From assembly GCA_012295275.1 (NCBI GenBank), contig CM022665.1, positions 1,488,001 through 1,552,000 on the forward strand: a stretch of 64,000 nt of DNA. The letters run 5' to 3'. Positions 54,491 through 64,000 of the stretch are shown one piece after another. How positions within the stretch are numbered: the stretch's first letter is position 1; every line of letters starts with the position of its first letter. The position numbers and the translations under genes are program-made. A model generated the notes under the pieces. The model made no database searches, was not told where the DNA came from, and saw nothing but the letters and a program-made list of their open reading frames with translations. This stretch comes from Chrysomallon squamiferum. Taxonomy: Eukaryota; Animalia; Mollusca.

Positions 54491-54829
54491 AGAAGCAAAC
54501 ACAAAAGGGAACCAAAGATCCACACACAATGTATAATTGGTTCCACAAACCAAGGCAAGAGGAGAACATCATGGGATGCAATTGAAAATGTTAAACAAGC
54601 CAAGGAAGGTTTGATCAGTAGGCTAAAGAAAACAATGTAAAACAAAGGAAGATTAACCAATTTTCCCCAAAAGATAGCACAAAATTTGACTGTTTGTAAC
54701 TGACAGAGAAGATTGGATTAATAGGCTAAACAAATCAATTTGTGAAACAAAGAAGACTTAACTAATTTTGAAGAAATAAAAGATCACACAAGACACAAAA
54801 CAAATAATACATTTACACACACAGACTCA

Positions 54830-55506
54830 CTCAGTCACACATTATCTCTATTAATCACTATTGCTGACACACTCAGAGAGACCCACTATTATCTGAGTAC
54901 TATTGCTGATATACACACACGCTCCCTCCATCACGCAAACACACTATTATCTACTGCTGATTTCTACTAGCAATTTCACTACTGCTGATACACTCATTCA
55001 CTCACTCACTCACACACACACATACATTCACACATTACCTGAGAAGCAATTTTCACTGTTGCTGATACACACACAGTCTCTCACTCACTCACACACACAC
55101 ACACTATTATCTGAGTAGTAGCAATTATCACTATTTCTGATACACTCACACTCACTCACACATACTATTATCTGAGTAGCAATTATCACTATTGCACTAT
55201 CACACACTCACTCACAAACACACAAACTATCTGAGTAGCAATTATCAGTATTGCTGATACAATCACTCACTCTCACACATACTATTAACTGAGTAGCAAA
55301 TATAACTATTGCCCATACACACTCACTCCCACACACACACTATTATCTGGGTAGTAGCAATTATCACTATTACTGATACACACACAGTCACACACACTAT
55401 TATCTGAGTAGTAGCAATTATCACTATTGCCCATACACACTCACTCCCACACACACATTATTATCTCGGAAGTAGAAATTATCACTATTACTGATACACA
55501 CACAGT

Positions 55507-55561
<55 letters not shown>

Positions 55562-55748
55562 TCATCTGAGTAGTAGCAAATATCACTATTGCTGATACAC
55601 TCACACACACTATTATCTGAGTAGTAGCAATTATCACTATTGCTGACTGATACACTCACACACACACACTATCCGAGTTCCAAGTATCACTCACGCACAC
55701 TATTATCTGAGTAGTAGCAATTACAACTATTGCTGATACACACACAGT

Positions 55749-55789
<41 letters not shown>

Positions 55790-56110
55790 TTATCTGAGTA
55801 GTAGCAATTAACACTATTGCTGATACACACACAGTCATTCACACACACACACATACTATTATCTGAGTAGCAATTAACACTATTGCTGATACACACAGTC
55901 ACTCCCACACACACACTCACACACTCACACTCATACATGCACATGCTATTATCCGAGTAGTAGCAATTATCACTATTGCTGATACACACACAGTCACTCC
56001 CACACACACACACTCACACACACACTCAAACACACACACTCATACACACACACTATTACATGCACACGCTAATATCCAAGTGGTAGCAATTTTCACTATT
56101 GCTGATATAC
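54830..56110. repeat. Second array of the compound minisatellite (core tattatctgagtagtagcaattatcactattgctgatac)
   Basis: Same family as 47770-49900; further copies at 53720-53820. Confidence 0.93.
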
Positions 56111-57470
56111 ACACTCACTCACACATATATCTGGTGATGATATTGTCTGACTTCTCTCCAGAATTAAAATAACATTTAAAAAAGTATTCTTTACATAATT
56201 ATAATAACTGCATCATCATATAAAAATATACCTAGACCAACAACCAGAAACAAACAAGAACAAATAAAGACCAACAAAAAAAAAGGAGAAGAGCTCATTA
56301 GGTGTAATTATGATAAACAAAAACAACATACAGAATATCAGATAAATCAAGAGCACTGAGTTGAAGTTTCTTATGTTTCAACATGGGCTCCACAAACCGA
56401 GTTATTAACACATCCGTAATCCAATTGGCTGAAAGCTTGAGCTTGTGCACAGGATTTCTGATTGCTTGACAGACAGGGTCAAGGCCTGCATCAGCCAATG
56501 AGCATCCAACATTTAAAGCTGTCACATGACTGGTAGCATTAGATTAATCAAGAAACTTTTATGGTTACAATGCCAGATACAGACACAAATAGAATGATAA
56601 AGAATGAATCAGTAACAGTTACTTTTAATGAATCAAATGGCTGCTACTGACCACAAATGACTTTCACAGCATCTGTACCAGCTGTTCTCAACCCATCTAA
56701 GTTAATGGTTGCTTGCTGAGTCAGTGACATCAACAAAGGTAATTGTCCAAAAGTGCTAGAGTTTGGTTCTGCTTTTCTTAAACTGACAGGTTTCAAGTTT
56801 GTAAATTTCTCTGTGGACAGTTTCTTTGTACTCTGTCAGCTTCCTTCATGCTATATGTCAGACTTGCAACAGAACTTTGATTAGATTCATCTTGATAAAA
56901 AATGAAAATGTGCCTATACCACAACACATACTGAAACACAGAGAAAAAGCTAGCAAGTATATTTACAGAGACACGCATACACAGACAGACAGAAACTCAG
57001 AAACAAACACACCAACTAACCCTCAATACCAACAACAGATGACAAATACACTGAGATGCCAGACACAGACACAAATAGAATGACAAAGAATGAATGAGAA
57101 AGAAAGAGAGAGTGTTAAGTAGAATGAGGTTGATATGAATGAATAAAAAAAAATAGAAAAGAAAAATATACAGAGTGAAAGTATGTGTAGGAGCAAAAAG
57201 AGAGAGAGATAGAGAGAGAAAACAATCAGTTTTTACATATTTAATACACATTACCTAATAAACAACTGGAGTTCAGACTTAATTCCTGCAGTGAACATGG
57301 TTTGGATTCTGGAATATCTGAAGTAAATGAAAAATAGTATCAAGAAACTTGGCAACTGTATTTTAACTATCAGCAGAAAAAGAAAAAACAAAAAGAAGAA
57401 AAAAACTAATTATGAGAAATTTGTCAAATCTAAATAGTTAGAAAATAAAATACACATGTGTGCGTGTGTG

Positions 57471-57539
<69 letters not shown>

Positions 57540-57695
57540 ATAAGATATAATAATCTAAATCTAAATTAACCTTCAACAGTAAGTGTTTGTTGTTTTGTTT
57601 TGCATATTCAGATGAAAAGCTGTCATCTTTGATGATTGAAAACAGCAGACAAAAATTGAGTTCACGAGTTAGTGATCCCAGCTTGTAATAAAACA

Positions 57696-57729
<34 letters not shown>

Positions 57730-58251
57730 GTAATAATAATAATAATAATAACAAATAATAATAATAATAATAATAATATAAATAATAATAACTTTACAAT
57801 ATGTAGAATCTACATAAGCAGAAAATAATGTATTTGTTATTATTAAAATATAGTTAGTAGAAGACATCATTATGTTTTAACAATAATAATAATATCAACA
57901 GCTGTAGTAGTAGTTGTATTAGTTGTAGTAATACTAGCAATATAACTAGTAATAACAGTTGTTCTGTTGGTTGCAGTAGTTGTAGTAGTTTTGGTATTAG
58001 TAACAGTAATAGTAGTTGTAGTAGTAGTAGTAGTAACAGTGGCAGCAGAATTTGCAGTTGTACTATTAGTGGTAACAATACTAGAAGTAGTAATAGTTTT
58101 AGTATTAATAGTACTAGTAGTAGTAATAGTGGTAATAGTTGTAGTATTAGTGGTAACTGTACTAGTTGTAACTGTGGTAGAATTAGCTTATGGTAGAATA
58201 TGGTAGTAGTAAATACAACAAGAAGAGGTAGTAAATAACTGGAGCCATCTC

Positions 58252-58300
<49 letters not shown>

Positions 58301-58644
58301 TAGAAGTAGTAGTAGTAGATGTAATAATGATGGGATAACAGTGGTAGGAGCAGAAGTAGCAATATTAGTAGCTAACTGTTACTACTGGAGAATTACATAT
58401 ACTACTGATAATAATAACAATAACAATAACAATATTAATATTAATAATAACAATAACAATAATAATAGCTAACTGATAATACTGGACAATTACATATACT
58501 AATAATAATGACAACAGCACCAATAACAATAATAATGACAATAATAATGACAATAATAATAAGAAGAAGAAGAAGAAGAAGAAGAAGAAAACGAACAAGA
58601 TGAAAAAGAAGAGAAAATAAGAATTTATTTTTCACAGTTATTGG

Positions 58645-58687
<43 letters not shown>

Positions 58688-59377
58688 GACTGTTATTATT
58701 ATTATAAAACATTTTATAACATTTATAATTAAGGTTACTCACAGCACTCTCAGTGTCTGTTTTGTTGGTGGTGAGGCTAAGGAAGATCACTGTTGTGTTA
58801 GAACACTGCTTGGAAGGCCTGGATTCCAAGACTGTTTCCTGATAAATTCAAAACCTAGTTAAAAAATAAGTAAATAAACAAAAATAATTAATGGAAATAT
58901 AGAATACTAAATTATTCAGTAGGCTGTAATATAAAATAAAATAATAAAAAAATTAATAATATTATGTAATTCAATATGATTATATTTTAAATAAATTAAA
59001 AATAATAAGAAAATTAATAAATAAGTAAATAAATGATAGATACATCCATACATTAGATAGATACACAGAAGATAGATAGAAAGATTTATAAATAAATAAA
59101 AATAATCAACTGTCTACTAAAACTTGTTTTAAGAGTATTTTTATAAATTAAAACTATAAATAAATTTAGAATTATTTAAATAACTGATTCTTAAACTATT
59201 TATGTTCAGAATTATCAAAAGAGAACTTAAAGATTATATAAAGTATTTTCTTTCTTTGTTATACTTCAAAAAATATTACAACTTTGACAAAAGAAAGAAA
59301 GAAAAAAGAAAGAAACTTGCTGATTAGGAACAAATAAGAAATGATATAAAGACACAGACTGACACACAGAAGGACAA

Positions 59378-59640
59378 ACAGATAAGTATATATTAAGTAG
59401 ACATATAGGTATATAGACTGATTCTCAGAAAGAAACACCCACAGACAAACAGATAAGTATATAGTAATTAGAGACATAGATATATAGACAGATTCTCAGA
59501 AAGAAATACAGACGAACAGATAAGTATATAGTAAGTAGAGACAAAGGTATATAGACAGATTCTCAGAAAGAAATACAGACGAACAGATAAGTATATAGTA
59601 AGTAGAGACATAGATATATAGACAGATTCTCAGAAAGACA
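59378..59640. repeat. 67-bp minisatellite, about 4 copies
   Basis: acagataagtatatagtaa...gattctcagaaagaaatacagacga at 59449, 59516 and 59583. Confidence 0.9.
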
Positions 59641-61504
59641 AACATATTTATCTGAATATTTTCAAGGAAAGAAATACACACAGACAAACAGAAAATCAGA
59701 GACAAATAGAAATAAAATAAATAAATAGGGAGGCAGACAGAAAGAGAAACAGACAGATAGACTAAGACATATTTACAGACATAATTACCTGAATATTTTT
59801 TAAATATTTTTTAATATCTGACTAAGTGGTAAAGCTTGTGGCAGTTTAAGTCTTGGTCTGGCTGCTTTCAACAAAAACTCCAGTTTCACAAGAAGATTAG
59901 TCAGTTGAATCACAGGATTGAACATTTTCTGTGGCTGTGGATCCATTTCTTCCATGCTTGGCACAATCTGAGTTTTCAGTGGTTGGTGTGGTGATGTCAG
60001 TTTGTCTTGAGTTTAATGGTGGTACTGGTGCTGTTGGTGCTGACTGCTGTTTCATTTTCAATGTGAAACCCATGTCAGCTCTGTGGAAATAACAAAATAG
60101 AAAAAAATATATATATTAACAGAGGGCAGACCTTGAAATCAAGAGAAAACATGTTTGCAAATATAAATACAACTGTCATAACATATTTTTTTCCAAATGA
60201 TTGGTAACTTTAAAATACACTAATAGTAACAAACAAGTTATAGGAATAATACTGGTTCTAAAAAATCACTAATAGCAGTAATTTTCAGAAAACAAAATAT
60301 ATTGATAGTGTAACGACAATACAAGTTTACAACAATATTATTGTTCCGGTTTGTGTGGCAAATGCTAAAAATATGACATCATCAATGGAAACAGGTTTTG
60401 AGTTAGGAAGACAGAACATCTATCATAAAGCATCCTGAAATATTAATTCTCTGAGATATTACTAGGTAACTTGTTTCATTAAAACATGAATACTGTTGAG
60501 AATAACATAGGAATATTATTATGTTCAGTTTTGTAACTGTTAAATGCTGTAACTAAGTGTAAAAGAAAACATGAGCCAAAAATGTTTAAAAAAAAGTCTG
60601 CTCACAACTGAAGTGATGTCTGGAAAAAATAAGTAAATAACAAATAAAGGTAACATAAAAGAATAAGCAGAAACTAGGAAATGAAGAAGAAAATTAAGAA
60701 GAATACAAATAGTCAGTAGCAACAAAAAACAAAACAAAAAGTAATAATAAAAAATAAATAAATAAATAAATAATAATAAATGAATAAATAGTAAAAATAA
60801 TAAAAATAAAAATTAAGAATTTAAAATATGAAGAAACCTTAAGAAAGAAGAATAAGAACTATGTACAGAAACTGGGAGACTGGAAAATAATAAGTAAATT
60901 GAATATTACAAAAATCTTGCTCATTAAAATAACTGAAAATAAATACAGACAAGAGGAACAAACAAGAAGAAAAAGAAGATTACGAAGAAATAACAATGTA
61001 GAAAAAAACAAGAAACAATAATCATGGTAAATAGGTTAACAAAAATAAACAATAAAATAACTTTAAAGAAAACAGAAAAATTAAAAGAAATAAAAGAAAT
61101 ATGAATAAACACAGGATTATGAAGAAACAAGAAGAATAAAAGTTAAGACAGAAGAATTGCACACACACACACACATACACAACATATTTAAATTAAATAA
61201 AATAAATAAATTATGAAAAAATAGAAAAATAAGTTTCATAAAATAAAATATTACTGACTGAGTAACAAGATGAAGAAATAATACAAATTACAGAAACCAA
61301 AAGAAAAAATATTTAAAACAAAATGAAAAATGTTGATGATTATTATTAGTATATTACCAGCAGTAGTGTCGATACCAAATTTAAATAACAATAATAATAA
61401 TCATAACACTCATCATGACAATAATAATAATGCTGACAATGATAATAATAATAATAATTATAAATTTGCAGCAATTTCTACTCAATAATAGATATTAATG
61501 TACA

Positions 61505-61560
61505 CTGATCGGCGTTCGACTGCCATCTTGGATTTCGATCGGAAGTTTCCGTGGCCTCAC
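61505..61560. promoter_or_regulatory. Small CpG-rich promoter-like patch upstream of the LRR-RRM pseudogene
   Basis: YY1-type GCCATCTTG (61522-61530) and ETS-type CGGAAGT (61540-61546) in an otherwise AT-rich context. Confidence 0.45.
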
Positions 61561-62649
61561 GAAAGTTTTTAAACTTCCAAATTCAATTATTTTGACGTCT
61601 ATTTTCTGAACATTTTATGATTTACACTGATACGGATGGATCTCTCCTGCGCCTTTAGTACCTACTTTTTCAACTTAATTAAACTTTTCAAAGTGGCTAA
61701 GAATTCAGTTAACGTCATTGTGAGTAGATAAAATATATAAACTTAGATCCTATACCTGCATTTTACTTTCCATCGAAAGACAATTATTTTTGGTTTTTCT
61801 TATTATTTTTCAAGTTACAAATTTGCTTAGCAGAATTATCTTAGCGGGATTGTCATTTTTATTATTTAGAGTTACTTCCCCTGGACCATCAGTTAAAGAA
61901 TTACAATATTTCGACGTCAGTTTATTTTGCACACTATCTGACAAACCAAATGATTAAACGTGTGGTCCGGTCTTTTATTTGTTTCATTTTATTTGTTGAA
62001 ATGATTGTGCAATAAAGGCGTACATGGACACTATAATGTAAAAAAAAAAAAAAAAACGTGAATTTGTTCTTACATTTTTATTTCATCATTCTCTATTTTC
62101 ACGAACTAATTGTATTTACTAGCGTATAATTATGTATATTAGAAATACTGTAATCAGTATGAGTCTTAGTAAAACGTATATACAGGATTTCAAATTTTAT
62201 AAATTCAATTTTGTATCTACTAATATACTAAAACACATGTAATTGTTTTATTATAGCAGTATTTTATATTTTTTTTTTATTTATTTTTTTTTTTCTGAAT
62301 AGAGATAGGTAATTTAAACATAACTATAAACAGCTGTTTAAGCTGTTTAATATTAATTTCTAAAGCACAAGGGATACTATTACAATATTTTAGAAAAGCA
62401 GTCCAATAATATTTAAACTGCTATTATTATTATGTGTAGTATCTGTAGAGCTTATATAAGTAGCAGTAATAATAGTAGTAATATACTACTTAGAAGAAAT
62501 AGTAAGTAGTAGTAGTTGCAGTAGTACTGCTGAAATAAGACTGGGAGATTACTAGTAATAGCACTTGTATTGCTGACCTAACAGATTACTAGAAATAGAG
62601 GTAGTATTCCTGAACTAATCAGTTAGCAGTAATTAGTTATTAGTAGAAT

Positions 62650-63230
62650 TGCTGAAGTTATCGATTAGCACTAAAAGCAGTAGTATCGCTGAAGTAACAG
62701 TGATAGATTACTAGTAATACAGTAGTATTGCTGAAGTAACAGTGATAGATTACTAGTAATACAGTAGTATCGCTGAAGTAACAGTGATAGATTACTAGTA
62801 ATACAGTAGTATTGCTGAAGTAACAGTGATAGATTAGAAGTAATGCAGTAGTATTGCTGAAGTAACAGTGACAGTTTAGTAATGATAGCAGTATACAGTG
62901 ACAGATTAATAGTAATAGCAGTAGCATTGCTGAAGTAACAGTGATAGACTAGTATCAGTAATATTACTGAAGCAACTGTGACAGATTAGTAGTAATATCA
63001 GTAGTATCACTGATTAACAGTGACAGATTAGTAGTACTAGAAGTAGTGTTGAGGAGAGATAAGTAGTAATAGCAGTAGTATCGCTGAAGTAGCAGTGTCA
63101 GATTAGTAGTAATAGCAGTAGTATCGCTGAAGTAGCAGTGTCAGAATGGTAGAAGTATCAGTAATATCATTGGTAGTAATAGCGGTAGTATCGATTAAGA
63201 AACAGTGGCAGATTAGTAGTAATAGCAGTA
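62650..63230. repeat. 42-bp minisatellite
   Basis: Unit cagtagtatcgctgaagtaacagtgatagattactagtaata, degenerating at both ends. Confidence 0.9.
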
Positions 63231-63379
63231 GAGTAGTGGTAATATCAGTAATAATAATAGTGTATTTCAAAATAGGACGTGCACTGTAAGAAAGTAAGAA
63301 TAGTAGTAAAACGCGAAAAAGAATAATAAACACCAAGCCGTGAAGGACAGCGCGGGTTTCAACACTAATAATAAAGACA

Positions 63380-63930
63380 TATTAATAATATATTTTAATA
63401 CAGGATGCGCACGCTCAGAAATAATAATTAGGTGATAAAAAACAAAGAAGAATAATGAGAAGCACTTAATAACTACGTTAGGAACAATGCCGGTACAACG
63501 GCAACGACGGCGACATTAATAGAAAGTTCAGTAATATATTTTAATAGCTAAGAAAGTATGAGTATTGACTAATAAAAAGCGCTAAACAATAATGAGAAGT
63601 ACAGCAACGACAGCAACTACGGTGATGTTAACAGAAATAGTAATAATACATTTTAGTATAGCATTTGAACGCAAGAAAAGTATTTGAATAATATGAATAA
63701 TAGTTAATAAAAAGTAAAAGGTTAGTGAGAAGTAAACCAGAACGTTGAGCACAACGCCGTTACGACGCCAATGACGGTGACAGTAACAGACATAATAATA
63801 TACCTTAGCATTTTAAACACGAAAAGGAATGATGAGTACACCAATAACGTTAGGAGCAACGCCGGTTTTGATTTACATTAATAGAAATTAAAATAATATG
63901 TTTTAATACGCGATGCGCCCGCTCAGAATG
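63380..63930. repeat. Degenerate tandem repeats of about 120-140 bp with CpG-rich cores
   Basis: Recurring caacg..g....acggtga.(a/g)ttaa.aga; ttttaatac..gatgcgc.cgctcagaa at 63393 and 63901. Confidence 0.65.
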
Positions 63931-64000
63931 TTCGAGGAATTGTGAAGATAAATATGAATGAACTGTCACGAATGCAATAAACATCTCTATCAAAAACTTT

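Larger units (their letters stand above)
50886..60080 (-). pseudogene. Multi-exon pseudogene encoding leucine-rich repeats followed by a C-terminal RRM
   Basis: GT-AG exons: 60080-59789 (..KYLKNIQ), 58854-58743 (VLNLSGNSLG), about 57681-57571 (RELN..DDSF), 57317-57255 (CSLQELSLNS), about 56890-56622 (NLQT*NLS), about 56530-56332 (KLKLSANWITD..LSALDLS), 53598-53512 (LKSLNTGGN*L), 53182-53057 (RAVYAFNL, one TGA), 52461-52366 (RGIAWI), 51839-51751 (IFGQSVIVSR), 50952-50886 (stop). Multiple in-frame stops and frameshifts. Confidence 0.8.

Noticed and set aside
47770-56110. CRISPR-like repeat-spacer appearance
   Set aside because: The context is eukaryotic, the repeats are degenerate, the spacers are low-complexity (CA)n, and there are no cas genes.
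57854-58862. Hydrophobic poly-V/L/I ORFs resembling membrane proteins (also 43096-43573 and 52394-52931)
   Set aside because: They derive from (TAG)n, (AAT)n and (CAT)n trinucleotide microsatellites.

Overview
AT-rich eukaryotic (animal) genomic DNA with spliceosomal introns, many microsatellites and TTAGGG telomeric repeats. The style suggests a mollusc, possibly a cephalopod (inference only). Most ORF-track entries are microsatellite or low-complexity artefacts, so the real genes were assembled by hand from GT-AG exons. Left contig (1-35966): two convergent paralogous genes for a secreted six-cysteine peptide with an eclosion-hormone-like framework (one complete, 87 aa); a complete five-exon SRP14 gene (108 aa) whose intron 2 holds a LINE ORF1 relic and a CpG-rich promoter-like island that may drive an antisense, telomere-directed transcript; RTE relics; a deleted Tigger/pogo element; then about 5 kb of telomeric array whose (TTAAAA)n core resembles a known nanopore miscall. 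A 200-N gap follows. Right contig (36167-64000): a multi-exon pseudogene with LRRs followed by an RRM, and a partial tandem duplicate of its 3' end carrying an insertion of about 8.5 kb with a decayed RING-finger gene. A MULE transposase relic and several minisatellites are also present. No prokaryotic features, rRNA, tRNA or CRISPR array were seen.
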